Shown here: piece by piece, positions 12,101 to 27,100 of the stretch
How positions within the stretch are numbered: the first letter of the stretch is position 1
Layout: each line of letters starts with the position of its first letter
Assembly (NCBI RefSeq): GCF_964355755.1
Contig: NC_092674.1
Coordinates: 14,136,001 to 14,200,000, forward strand
DNA: 64,000 bases
Direction: 5' to 3'
Source of the DNA: Antedon mediterranea
Taxonomy: Eukaryota; Animalia; Echinodermata
The notes under the pieces: model-generated
The model's input: the letters and a program-made list of their open reading frames with translations, nothing else
Database searches by the model: none
Told to the model about the DNA's origin: nothing
Made by a program: the position numbers and the translations under genes

Positions 12101-15100
12101 AGGGTTTACATATAAAATTAGAAACACGTTTAATAATTTTATTGGAAAACCCATCAAACCCAGGAGATTTATTATCTTTGAGGGAAAGTATTATACTGAC
12201 AACTTCATGTTCGGTTACAGGACTAAGAAAGAGAGAGTGCACACATGGACGAGGTAGGGTAGAAGTATAATTATCATTATCCGACACATGTATTTTGTTA
12301 ACTAAATTTGGCCCTATACTAGTAAAATAATTATTGAATTCAGTTGCAATTTGTTGAGGATTATTTAATTCAATGTCATTGTTAATAAAGTGAGAAGGAA
12401 ACGGTTTACGAGATTTCTTGCCAAGGACTCCATTTATTGTTTGCCAGGTTTTTTGGATGTTATTTTTATGGAATTCAAATTTGTCACTGAAGTAATTCTT
12501 TTGGGCAGTACGAAGGATTTTGGTAAGTACATTTCGATATTTAACATATTTATCTTTGTCCTTTTGCTTTTTAGATATAAGAAATGTTTTATATAATTTG
12601 TGTTTTTTGTCGATAGATTTAATTAAGCATTTAGTTATCCAAGGTTTTTTTTCTTTCCGAATATTTCGTCTGGAACGAGTGGTTTTAATGTTGTTATTAT
12701 ATAATGTACTAAATATGTCGTTGAATAAAGCGTATGCCTCATTGGGTTCATTGGAGTTATAAATACTAGTCCAGTCAACATTTGACAAATCATTACTTAA
12801 GGCAGAAATTGAAATATCATTGACTTTTTTTATGTATATATATTTTGATTTAGGTTTCAGGTGTTGGAGAGGTTCTGATTTATGTACTAACAAGAAAACA
12901 GGAAAGTGATCCGAGATGTCCGAATATAGAATTCCGGAAGAAATGTTATCGTATAGATTATTACAAAAAATATTGTCGATTAAAGTTGCAGAATTACGCG
13001 TAATTCTAGTTGGCCTAGTAATAAGAGGATAATAATTTGATTGAAATAAAGTATTAACAAAATCAGAAGTACCTTTATGTGTTTTGGAATTTAACAAGTT
13101 AATATTAAAGTCTCCTGAAATATATGCTGTTTTTTTCTCATTATTAATGGTGTCAATTAAATTAGAGATATCTTTATTAAATGTGTTAATGGATAATTCA
13201 GGCAAACGATATACTACTCCAAGGATTATGTTTTTGGGTTGTGCATCGATTTCAATGAAAAGAGATTCCGAACCATTAGTAATGATAAATGATAAATCAG
13301 GGCGAAGAATATATTTAAATCTCTGGTGTAGGTAAATGGCAACGCCTCCTCCTGGTCTATCAGCTCGTGAAACATGCAAGAGGTTATAATTGGGAATATT
13401 ATAAAAGGAAAAAGGCGTATTATGATTAAAAAAAGTTTCGGTGAAGCATAGTGCTGAGAATTCATGGTTAATAGCACCTACGCATACATTGATATCGTTA
13501 AAATGTTTAACAAGACTGCGTGCGTTTAAGTGAAAGATACTAAATGAATAATCTTGTGTTGAATATTTGTTGTTAAGACTATCGATATATTCATAGGCAC
13601 AAGATTCAATATTTTCGGAAAATAATTGGGCATCGTTGTCATTAATAACATCTTTAAAATTAATATCAAAAGGGTTAAAAATTAAAGAATTAAATCTATC
13701 AAAGTCAATTCTATCGTCACAAAAGTAATAGTGAATGACATGCAAGAATTCATCATTATCAATAATGTGATTAAATGGGAATGCATCTATATTGTCAAAA
13801 GGGTCCATGAGAATATCTAACGATACATAATGTGATCAGTTTATTCAATAGTATGTAATAAAAGATGCCTGGTAATGTTACGTAAAAACAGAAAAGTACA
13901 AGAACGTAAATATAAAGAAACAAGTTAAGAATTGGGGGGTAACAATAAAACAAAGGTGAATAAATGGTTTTAAGTGGTTTAAACATCTTATGACAATGCA
14001 ATTATGTGAGAACAGACTCCTGAAAACGCTATTGTAAAATTATTATGTAAAATCAATCAAGAGGCTTATACAAATTAAGCAAAGTATGCAGATGTAAGGA
14101 AAATAATGGATAAAAGATTCTTAGTCTGTTGTAAAATTTAATAATGGATTGAATTTGTAAAGAAGAAATGCTTCTTAGACAGTCCAAGTGTTTACAACAA
14201 CATTCCGATCACTAGTATGGCAATGGAATTTCGAAAAGTTTACCGGAACTATTTCAATGGAATTTCGAAAAGTTTACCGGAATGCCAGTTGAAGTAGCTA
14301 ATTCCCCTACAGTGAAAATAAAAGTTTGGAATCGAAGAATATTCTCAGATCCTTATGGTATTGGACTTTGTCCAATTTCTGATTATTAATTTGATAAATA
14401 AACGAAAAGGGTTTTGATTTAAGACTAATATTCATTGTGAAGTCATTGAGTTTCATACCCCAAGGATTAGACCACTGTATTAGACCATCCAAATTTAGGA
14501 ATTGTTGTAAAATCGTTGATAAAAATGTTAAATAATAAAGTACCCAACAGTGAGCCCTGCGGAACACCAGAAAGAATAGGTAACCAATGACAATTGACCC
14601 TCAACAATAATTCTCTGCTGCCTTTCACTCAAGTAAGATGATAGTAGTTGGTGTAGTTTGCCAATGATAACAAATCTGTTCAACTTGTAGGGAAGGAACT
14701 CAAGTGACACCCCGTCAAAAAGCACGAGAGAAATCTGTATAAACAAAATCACCTTGCTGTTTGTTGTCTATAGAAGAATACGCTGTGCTTAATAAAGTAG
14801 CCAGATTAGTTTGGCATGATCTCCCCGGAGTAAAGCCGTCTTGAAACTCACTCAAAAAGGGAAAAACATGCTGAGATATATGATTATACATCTCATTCTC
14901 TCAAATACTTTGGAAATAGTACAAAGGAGTCAAACTGGTCTGTAGTTCTTTACATTACTCTGAGCACCTCCTTTGAATATCTGCACGTTTAAAACCGCCC
15001 AATATATGACACCAACGCCAGCATACGGTACATACCTTTTACATTTAATAAGTAGGCCTATGTCAGAAATAGACATTGTAGTCGCTTAGTACGTAGATGG

Positions 15101-18100
15101 ACCAATTTCATCTTGTAGCTGCTGTTTTCAGTAGTATGCTGTTATTTACAATAAACAGCAACGCCTTCCTCGCGATTATGTTTACGATACATGTATAATT
15201 AATGTTTAGCTGTAAATTGCGTCATCAGTGTTGTTATTAGATACCCAGTGCTGACCACTACATCTGAACTATACTAATTTTAAATCAATTGGAACTCATC
15301 AGTCGTATACATTATAGTGATTGCGGATTTAAAAAAATAATCAAAACTGATTACATTCCAATTTTCAAGAAGCTTAAATGTTTCAATATTTACATCTCAT
15401 TGAGACTGTGCTTGTGATTTAAAAGATACAATATACAATAGTTCAGTTCAGTCAGCTCAGTACATAAACAATGGTACGAAGACGTAAACTTACTGTGTGA
15501 GTTTTCATTTAAATTATACTAGTAAGAGGCAAATTAGTCCTCTATCAGATAACATTCTGATTAGGCGGATTTCGTTTTGCAGGTTCGCCCTACAATCGCG
15601 AAGTGTTATTTTAACTGGGGTTAGATACTAAAACATGTTACTGAGAAAATGCCAATTTTCAAGTTAAAATTTAATTCAACAAATTGCACTATTTCTGTAT
15701 CCTTTCGTATATTTGTTGGGAATAAATAAATTCATATTCATATAAAATATTTTCAAAATAGTGGTACACAACAATGACACAAAAAAAAGATGTGAAAACA
15801 AACTCTATTTTACGGTCTTGTCACTATAAATAGGTGCAAAGCTAAATTAAAAAAAAAATTTCCAAACCAGTGTTACACTGTAAAAAGGACTTCGGAAAAT
15901 ACATAGATAAAGCATAAATCAGCAATTTTCACTGCCTTCTCAAAACATGAATCTGACGAGGGTTAGTTTCACAGGAACAATAGTACTTCCTACTACAAGT
16001 GTATTAGTAATTGTCGTGGATACGCTAAACTTCCAACATATACACATGCAATGATTAATAGCCTACACATTTGTATAAGTTTTCTTTGTTGTTTATGTCA
16101 GTTTCATGTTTTTTTGTCTTTTTTTGACAATTATTGCAATTAAAACGCAATTAATTCATCAATCGTCATACTCCATTCTGATTAGGCCTGTAGTTAATGA
16201 CTCTTGGTTTCGCGGCGCCTTTCCACATATCATTTCATCATATCCCATAATATTACTATTGAAACCGACTTTAAAGATTTTTAAAAAGCTTTTTTGTGAT
16301 AGTCTCAAAATGCCAAGATGCATTGTGGAACCATCATCGTCAGATCTATGCATTGTAATTGGAAATAATCAAACAATGATGCTGTTTTGATGTCAGTGGT
16401 GGGTGTTATGGGTGGCGGCGTTCATTAGAGGGAGGCGTTTGTTGGTAACATTTCATAATAAAATAAATTCCCTAGATATGAACCAATACAACACCGTTAT
16501 TTTTTTATTACGAACACCTTTTTGGTGAACGAGTTTTTTTCCGTTGCAAAAATAAAGATTTTATTATTATTTTAATATAATCAGAAGTGATAAATACAGT
16601 AAACAATTGAATGAATTCTTCTACAAACAAAATTATGTGTGTGTTATAATACAATATTGTGTGTAGAAATAAATGTGGCGGGCCGTTTATTTGAGGGTGG
16701 AGGTTGAATATTCCAAAGAGTTGTTATGGGCTGGAGTAACAATAAAATCTCTGTACAAAACGCGTGTTTCTCTCTTTAAACGACAACATGAACTAATTAT
16801 ATAAATTATAATGCAGAAGGTTATGGTTTGGCTATTTAGTTATTATTATAATTATTGTGAATCAGACTGTTTAAAACTTAGTGCGACAGACAATTTTCTC
16901 ACATATTTTACCTACAACTGATGTTAAGGCAACTGGCCTGAGATCATTCATATACTTTAATAACACGGCTTTTTGGAATAGGAACAATAGATGATTGTTT
17001 CCATGTTTCTGGAAGTGAACTAGTTGTGAAACACAAATTAAAAATAATTGAGAAAATATACGATAACTGCATTGCACATGATTTTAAAATATTTGGTTTA
17101 AGTTTATCGGGCCCGGGAGCTTTCTTAGCATTCAAATTTCTAAAATACTTATATACTTCACCCTCATTTGTATCAATTTTTATGTCATTTATATTTGATT
17201 CAAGCTGACACTTCCGTTCCTTAATTTCTTTTGAAAAATCATATTTGTTAAAACGATTGAAAAATATATTTAATTCATTTGCATATTCTTTGTCAATTTT
17301 TGGTAGCGATACAGATTTTTGTTTATTATGTATATGTCCACTCATTAACCTCATTCCTTGCCACACCTCTTTCATGTTATTTTCCGTGAACTTCTTTTCA
17401 ACTTTATTTTTAAACTTGTATTTTTCTTTACGTATTGCACATTTTAATTCTTTTTGGACCTCTTTTAATTTCGCTTTATTACCTTCAGCAAATGCTTTCT
17501 GTTTCCGGTTAATAATAATTTTCACATCTTTGGTTATCCACGGTTTATTATTCGCAAACACTTTAACCTTTTTAGTTGGGATAAGCATATCACTACAAAA
17601 GTTTATATATTCAGACACTGTGTCCGTAAGATCATTAGCGTTATTAATAAACATCTCCCAGTCCGTATCATCAAATGCATCTTGTAGGCGTTCCGTTGCT
17701 TCCGCTGTCCATTTCTTTACTTTAATAGTCCTTGGCTTCTCTCGTTTAACTAATGGAATGTATTTCGGGTTTAGTACGATTAAGAAATGATCTCCCAAGC
17801 ACGGCCACTGGGTTGAAACATATGCGTTTTTCAAGTTTGTGTAGCAAAGGTCTAATATACTTGTTTCGCGCGTAGGACATGTAACGTGTTGGTAGTAGTA
17901 CTCGTCTTCTTCAATGATCCGCGATTAAAATCTCCGTTTATGACAACGAATGCATCGGGCGAGGTAGCTTCTATGTTGATTTCATGATTAATAATATTGT
18001 TCTTGAAAAAGTTTCTGTTCATAAGGATTTAGGCGTTATGATTGATTCTTCTTTAAATTTTTGTAAACATGTTTAATATGTTGTAGCTAAGAGTAACAAA

Positions 18101-21100
18101 CTCCTGGGATTCATTTGGAGACATTGCAGACATATCAATGATAGTAAGGCATTGATTCTTATGTATAAATCTTTAATTCGGTCTAATCTTGAGTTTTGCT
18201 CTGTTATTTTTCTTTTTCTCAGTCTATTATGTTACAACGTGTTCAAAATAAGTTTTGTAGGTTTTATTTCCGTACATTTGGTCAAAATCCCAAGTTAGTT
18301 CTACTTAAAGATAGAAGGAATGTATTTTATTTAATTTTCTTGTATAAATGTATGAACTCTGTTGTTGATGGTAACTTTATTTCTTATTTTCACCTTTCCG
18401 TTCCTGTTTATAGATTAAGAAATCCGGGGTTATTTTTTGTTCCACCGGGAAGGGTTAAAGTAACTAGGGATGGTTGGATCTGTCGTCTTCCTAGATTATT
18501 TATTTCTATTGGCTATTGTAATCTGTTTTTTGATATTTTTTGTGATACTATTTATTGTTTTTGGTTGTAAGATTACTGTTGCTATTACTTCTATTTAATT
18601 ACTTTCTTTATGATAATTTGCTATGGTATTGATATACCTGTAATTTTAGCTAATTGTTTTGTTTAATTATCAATATAAATTACATTTATTGATTCAATCC
18701 TGTTATGGGCGACTTTGGTCGCTGTTGGATGAAGATGAAATAAAAAAAAATACAAAGTAGGTCTTTTTGATCTATAATATGACCCGCATTGTTAATTGGT
18801 TCATTTTGGTATGTTATTACCGGCACGCCATTTAAATTAAAAACTTTTTAAAAATCACACTGAATTATGTAGCACCCCTTATAATTAATGTTTGTAAAAC
18901 TTACATTGTTTGGAAGATCCAATTTAGCACCTGCCTTGACCAAAATAGTGCAAACATCTGTGTGGCCGCAATATGCAGCCAAAAGTAAAGGTGTCCATCC
19001 ATACTGAAAGATTACAAACATTATGGTATAGTATTTTTCACTCTACAACATATTTAATATCGTACTGAAATCAATTCGATGTGATCATTTAAAAATAACT
19101 TTATGTAAATAAATAATGCCAAATAAGATTTTTCGGATGATGTATTGTGGCGTATACATCTATTTTGCTTGTATAATATTCTTTTTTTATAGTACTGTAC
19201 AAAATAAATGTTTCTTAGCTTTTTCTGAAATGTAAACATTTCCAGTAGTGCTAATTTATCTGAATGTAAATTATGGTACAGAGTGGTGTTTGCGTCTAAA
19301 CAGGCAGTTACGACTGAAAACGTATCCAGGCTTCAAAATGTTCAGGTAACACATTTTGAATGCTAACTTCTTACTAGGCCCATTGGTTTCATTTTGCCGT
19401 CACGGGGAGGAGATATTAATGAATTACCAAATCAAATGGATATCTCGATTCATATCCTTTTTTTTTTGTATATTATATACAAAAAAAAAAATAATATATC
19501 ACTTGTACAAAATAATAACAAAAACATGACACACCTTACCATTCTGTGCTCTAAAGGCAGATGGTAAACACTATTACGGAATCTACAATGCTAAAAGTGA
19601 GAATACTTTCAATGACAGATTTATAAAACAAAAAAGACGTAGACAAAATACGTAAGTCTATGCAAAAAGTAAAAACGCTGAGCATGAGCCTTTTTGATAG
19701 TCATAGTAATAATACTTATTGTTGTGCCATTTAAAATCTCTAGTGATTTATTTACAATGTCAATTCCACAATGGGTATTTCATATAGTAGGTGATTTACA
19801 TTTTGTGTTATAATTATTTCGAGTGTTTCACCTGCTGTGATAGAAACTATACTGTAGTGAGTTAAAATATAAACATATTATTAGTGTATTGGTAAACACA
19901 TGATGTACTGCAAACCAAAATAGTGTATCTGTGCGCATAATAGTAGGTGACATTTGTAAATGAGACCGTTTTATTTGACACGAAAAAGCATGTAAACTCC
20001 TAAAAAACGTACTTAATCATATAATGTAGTACATTTTGAATGTTGACATGACATGATAAACAATAAACATGTTACTTCTAACAGAGTTCAACTTAGATTG
20101 TTCTCGGGTTACTTGGATTTCGTTCTTAAATACTGTGTATTGTCGTATTTATTGTCATGCCATGTGTTCTCTACATTTCGATATTAAATAAGTTAGGGTA
20201 CGGACATTTCTCGTAGTATTATAGGGTAACACCGTGGCTTAAAAATATATTGTTTATTATAAAACATAGACCTTTGCAAAAACACTACCTTAACCTTGCC
20301 ATATACAATGATTTAAAATTCTGAGTTTAATATTATAGTATTACTGTTGAACCTCCGTAAGAGGCCGCCTCTTGAGCGGCCGCGGCAAATTTGTTTACAA
20401 CACATTAGATTGTTTGTATGGTAAATTACCTCCCTGTAAGCAGTCACCCCCAAAAAAAATCGTATTGACTTTTGAAAACAAGACCATATACATGGCTGCA
20501 TGCGCCCGCACAAATTTTAGCTGACCGACCAACTGACCGACCGACATATTGAGCTGTAGAGTCGCGTTTTGCACGCGACTAAAAATACAATTTTGATACT
20601 AATATTGTGCTTTATATATTAGGTTTATTTCGAAGCGGTTTTAAAAATATTTCTGTGAAGAACATTCCTGTGTTTTTTATTAGATGAGATGAGAAAACTA
20701 CACAGATTTTTACCAACCGATTGTCTGAAAATCATAAATAATTCTAAACCATCTGATTATAAATTAAATGGAGAATATAGAGGCTGGTTGTGTTCAGAAA
20801 GCCGAAAAATATCGTGATTTTGGCCCTCTATCGGCAGAATCTCCCGTAATCGGCCACTTTTCAATTCCATAAAATAAGGCAATTAATAGTAGTTGATACC
20901 TTAGTGGTTATAACAGCCCATGGCTCAACTTGAACTCATCAAGCCCAAAGACGTTCATTTTTGTCGCAAATACTGTAATATGTAATATATAGAGTAAATG
21001 GAAGAGTAAGCAACTGAAGAAAATATATTTAGGGCTAGCCTAGATATCATAAGGAAGCGAATTAATTACAATTGTCACGGCTGCTCTCTTCAGAAAAAAG

Positions 21101-24100
21101 CGAACCTACGAACCCCACTTGCTATGGGCTTGTCCTTCACCTTAACGAGTTCGAGTTATCCACGTTAACGCACACCCTGTAACTAAAATGAAATACACAT
21201 ACTCTATGACCCGAAAAAAATGTTTATAGTGTGCTGAATTGTGTCTATTCTGTGTCATACAATATTAAGTGCGAATAACCAATAAGTGAAAGTTAATATT
21301 CTATTCTATTCCGTTTATTCAGTAAAAAGGCCTAAATTTCAATCAGATATGTTACTTTTCACTATGATGACAAGATTACGAAATCAGCAACAGTTGACCA
21401 CATACGAATGACAATCGGTTCTTTTTAGTGGACTGAATTATTATCATTAATTGACTTAAACAGCCACCAACTGTTAGTACTCAGTTTAATAAAACCAAGT
21501 CCTACTTGTACAGAGAACTCGACATGAACACTTTTACAGATACAATATCATTTCACTATAAAACTTTGATATCATGTGTATATAAACAACACTGGATGTG
21601 TTTACAATTGCCATGTCACGGGAATACGGTTGAGTTTCATAGAAAACAAAGTTGTAGAGATTATAAGTTTCTGAAATATACTGTAGTGCTGCTGTGTTAT
21701 CTGAGAAAGTTTATAATCTAATCACATTATTTGTTCAATTATCTCAACACAAATACCAATTGAAATGCCATGGTTTCTGTGATTAGTTCTTTAGTTCTTT
21801 TAAATATGTTTACTATAATTTTTCCCATCTCTTCTGAAAATTGTTTCAATTGCCTGACAAACAAGGAAAACGCTTATCGATCATACTAACAAGTAAGTTA
21901 TCAGGGATATAGTTATTTCTTCAGGTTAATGTACTTACATTTCCATCATCATCCATCATAACCATTATCTTCTATCACGTAAAGTATTAAGAGTACACGC
22001 CTGTTCATGGGCGCCATATTATTGCTCATATATTATTTTACCAAAAATATTTTGCAAACATGGTTAATGTATTGGTTAGATTCAACGTTACTTTGTTTAC
22101 CAATTGGGGTAGTATATTCATGTGAAGTAATAATATTAACAAGGTCGACACTTGGGAAACCAAATTTTCTGGAAAAAAGCAATGAATTTGATACTGCATG
22201 ATATTTTTTTTCTGTTATTAACCATGTTAAGAAGTAAAAATAAAATGTCAATTATTGCTTTATTTTGGGGTTAAAGGTCACCAAATACAGGCCAAAAATA
22301 CCAAAAAATCGTATTTTAAAAATAAAACCATTAAACTAGTTTAGATAAACGGCGATTCTAGAAAAAATAACAGCGAATTTATCAAAACTGTTGTTTTGCT
22401 CTTTTAAAGTGAAATGACATGGTTTCTCCAAATTCCATGGTTTCAAGACACTATTAAAATATACCAAATAAAACATTTTTAGTGGATTTATATAATTTAA
22501 GATGTCTTCTTCCTCAACAATATTAAAAAGTTTCGATTGTCACATTTACCATTTTTGGACTTTTGGCACACTTTGAATTGGTTCTGGTCAACTGTGCTAC
22601 GGACCAAGAGCTATTATTATAATCGGTAATAGTGACCCTTTATAACTTGGTGTTGTATATGTTGTGCCAGCGTGCGCGATATTGGTACATTACGTTACGT
22701 TCTAGGCGTTGTAGTAGTAAACAACCTAATGAAAGTGACATTGGGTAGACTTGTGAATGGTAGTTGCGAATGAATTGCCGTTTCTTACACAGGGAGCATA
22801 CCGCCTTTCGTAACTACATATTTTGGTCCCTGGATGTGTATCGCATGGCCCCCGGATGTCGACGCGTGAGCTGGGCGAACTTAACTTCTAAATAATATAG
22901 TTACTGTATAAATGTTTCTTACAAAGACAAGTGCGTCCTATCACTAGTAAAGTTAGTAACTTGATTCACATTTTGGATCCTGTCACTTTGATACAGCACA
23001 GATATCAACGCGTGAACAGCAATGAAAATGAGTTCCTGAATTAGTCCTATTACTGTGATATTATTTAAATATATTTTTTACTAGAAAATTAGTTTTATGA
23101 AATGTATTCTACAAAATTAGTAGGCCTAATAATTGTTTTCTCTCAGAAATGAAGTGGGGGGAGGGGGCACGTGTCTGTTTATGAGTGAGAATCAATAAGG
23201 CATTTAATTAAAATGCAGACCGTCTTAAAATTACTTGACATGTTTCAATAAATATATATTCTCATTATCAGAACTGTAATCAAAGCCTAGAGTACTTGTA
23301 TACGTACTACACAGTTGCATTTAAATGAGTCAATAATTAGCATGAAAATTTACGTAATTAATACACAGTGAAAGAGCTTATTTTAGTAAGATGGAAAAAT
23401 CAGTTACAAAAGCCGACGATAAGAGAGAATTACATGTTGCTACTCGGAGACTGCGGCAATTAACAAACTCATAGAATAATAAATAAAGACGCATGATGAC
23501 ATAAGCTCTGGCTTAAATAGTTTAATTAGTAAATGAACATTCACCCATGTAAAACTGCACATAAAAGTCATAAGCAAATATAAGTTATATAGCAATAATT
23601 TTCCAATTCTAAGTAAGCACAACAGGGATGCTCAGAGAAAAATAGCCCGCGGCAGGTGCCAATTAAGGCACCGCCTAGAGCAGCCCACCAAAGAGCAAGA
23701 AACAATGAAGAATGTTCACTTACTCACATGAAACTGAGATAAAAAAAATGGTTCAACCAGGACTCCTTGGAAGGGTCTCCAAAGAGACTGATAGGTACAA
23801 AAATCACCATTAATACAACGATGCTCCCCATGAAAGTATACGCAGATACTTCATGGCAATATGTTGAGCATCAGCACCGTCCACCCAAGGCTAATCCAAG
23901 GGCTCCACTACCGTACACTGCAATGGGAGCAAAGTTATACAAACACATCGCCAATAAAAAATACTGAGAGAAAACAAAAACGCATGGATGTAAGTGAGTT
24001 ATAATGTAAATGTAGATTTTTATTATGTTGTTGAAAATTCGCAGAAATTAAAATTATTCAATGAAATACAACAAGATTACTAACACCCTATCCAATTAGA

Positions 24101-27100
24101 TTGCCAAGGGCTGTAGGTTGTCAACAAAGCATGTCCCAGGTTTACACGATGTCTAGAACAGAATTGGTGAACTTTCAGAAATTGTCTTCGGTTTTTCTGT
24201 AGGTTGATCCAATATTTAAATCAAAGACACATATAATATGAAAAAATAATGTTTTAAGTACATATTGATAAAATATTAAAGTGATTGGTGGAGAATTGAT
24301 GAACGGGAACGGAAAAAGAAAAGAGTAGGCACATGTTTTTCGATTCTCAAGCCACGGTCCGTTAGTTCCATTGTCTCAGGCTGAGTGAGGCTAACCTGTG
24401 ACTGTCAGTAGAATTTTGGCTTAACGGAGGTTAAATCTTCTATATAATTGTATTTTAACCAACATTGATAATAATAATGATTAATATATTTGCTATTCCT
24501 AACGTTTCGAAGAGTTAATAATAGGTACTTTAATATTTTTAAGTGTTTTAAAACATATTAGTTTGAAATGCCCAACATTTAGCAGCTAAATTCATCATGG
24601 GGGATTTCAACTCATGTTCATTAAAAGAATACCTACCTACATACCAGCAATATGTTGATTGTCCAACTCGCAACAATACGTGTATCGACCTTTGCTATGG
24701 AAATATTGATGGTGCATACAAGTGTAAAGCTATGGCGGGTCTTGGCAAATCTGATCACAATATGATCAGCCTCATTCCAATATATAAAAACCGTCTTCGT
24801 GATAAACCCTCAAAGAAAATAAAGGTAAAACGTTGGACTGAGGAAGCCAGCGAGACCCTTAAAGGGTGTTTTGAATGCACAAACTGGGATGCATTAACGG
24901 AAAATGCAGAAAATTTGAGCGAAGCGACCCTCATTGTATCCGAATACGTAAGATTCTGTGAAGAAATGATTATACCTGTATCAAGAATTAAAGTTTTTTC
25001 TAATAATAAACCTTGGGTGTCCAAAGAACTCAAAGAACTCCTTAATAAGAAAAAGAAATGTTTTTATGACGGAGAGAAAGAGAAGCGATAAGATATACAG
25101 AAGCAAATCAAGCGGAAAATTATTGAATGCAAAAAGGAATATAAAAATAAAATTGAAAGGTCCTTCCGAAATCGTGACTCATCTAAGGTTTGGCAAGGTT
25201 TGCAGAATATTACTGGTTATAAACCGAAGGCAAAGGGTGTTGTTGTTGACAATGAAAAGAAATATGCAAATGATTTAAATGCCTTCTACAACAGATTTGA
25301 TAAAGTGGACGTTGACTTGAACATGAGGGAAACAACAAAACGCGTTGATGAACTGCCGGTACCCCCGGAACATTTTCAAATCACTGTGGACGAAGTGAAC
25401 TTATTATTTAAAAAACTTAACCCACGTAAGGCAAAAGGTCCCGATAATATTAGTTGTAAGACTCTTAAAATGTGTGCCGATCAGTTGGCCATTCCTTTTT
25501 GTAAACTTTTTCAATCCTCTGTAAATGACTCAATAGTTCCAATGTTGTGGAAAAAATCAACAATCATGCCCATTCCCAAAAAACCAAATCCCAAGGAAAT
25601 GAATGATCTTAGACCTGTGGCCCTTACATGTGTACCAATGAAGTGTTTAGAAAAAATTGTTAAAAGTAAGCTAGTTGCCTCAGTGGAGAATCTGCTAGAT
25701 ATAAATCAATTTGCATATCGTCCAAACAGGTGTGTTGATGATGCAGTGCTTCTGCTCCTTAATAATGTTTCTGAGCACCTAGAGAAAAAAAGTTGCTTTG
25801 CGAGAATTCTTTTTGTTGATTTCTCTAGTGCATTCAATAATATTCAACCATATGTTCTGGCTAATAAGCTTATCGATTTAGAAGTTAACCTACTGATTAT
25901 AAAACGGCTACTTAATTTTTTTAAATATAGAGAACAGCGTGTTAAGCTTAATCACACGTTGTCCTCGTTGTTGAAAGTTAACACGGGTGTTCCACAAGGT
26001 TGTGTGTTGTCACCTTTATTGTATACAATATACACAAATGATTGTAAGTCAAATAATACAAAAACTGAGATTATTAAATATGCAGACGACACTGCTCTGA
26101 TTGGTTATCTGGATTCAAAAGATGATTCAATGACAGGCTTCTTAGACAGTATTAATATTTTTCACAAATGGTGTAAAGATAATTTTTTAGATCTAAATAT
26201 AAATAAAACTAAAGAGATGGTTTTTGATTTTCGGAAGAAGATAAACTACCTTCCCAAGATCAAAATCAATGGTGAGACCATTCCGGAAGTTAAAACTTAC
26301 AAATATTTAGGGGTTGAAATTGATAATGAACTTAAATTTGATGCAAATAGTAGGTGCATATACAATAAATTACAAAAACGTCTCTTCTTTCTACGCAAAT
26401 TAAACTCTTTTAAGATTGACCGTACTATTTTACAACTTGTTTATACTTCTATCTTAAACAGTGTACTTAGTTTTTGCCTAATATGTTATTATGGTAATTC
26501 ACGTTTTAAGGATAGACTTTTACTTAATAAAATAGTTAAACAAGGCAGTAGAATAGTAGGCTCTGAACAAATTCAACCTGAAGTTTTATATAAGGAATTA
26601 GTAATTAAAAAATTGAAAATTATTTTAAAAGACCACGCTCATCCTCTGCACTATAAATTTAACAAAAGTCAACGTTGTGACAGACTCCTTCAAAGAAAAA
26701 TTAAAACAAATAGATATGGCAATTCATTCGTCCCTTCCGCTATACGATTATATAATGAATGATAATATCATTCATTATATAATCGTGTAATCGTATTTTA
26801 TGCGCTAGTTTTATTTTTTGTAGTTTTTTAATCGACTTTTTAGGATTTTATATGTATATTTTGCATGGCTTTTTTTTTATCGTATTTTATATTTTATGTA
26901 CTGTATCCATTTTATATTTGTATGTACTGTACTTTTGAAAAGGCCAACAGAGTTTCCCCATGGGGATAATAAAGTTTTAATTGAATTGAATTGAATTGAA
27001 TCCCTATTATAGTAAATGGAATCGTCCGTACCATGAAAGTTAAATACTTTATGAACAGGTCCACTTATTTTCAAGGGATATTCAATGATTATTATTAATT

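Noticed and set aside
10641-13808. RT as part of a prokaryote-type retron/DGR or domesticated system acting on the ankyrin exons
   Set aside because: It is an ordinary APE-RT non-LTR ORF2 with a TSD and tail. No template repeat was seen, and the exon differences are not confined to adenines.
17245-17790. 181-aa plus-strand ORF (and similarly 55200..55793)
   Set aside because: Antisense shadows of LINE ORF2 sequence.
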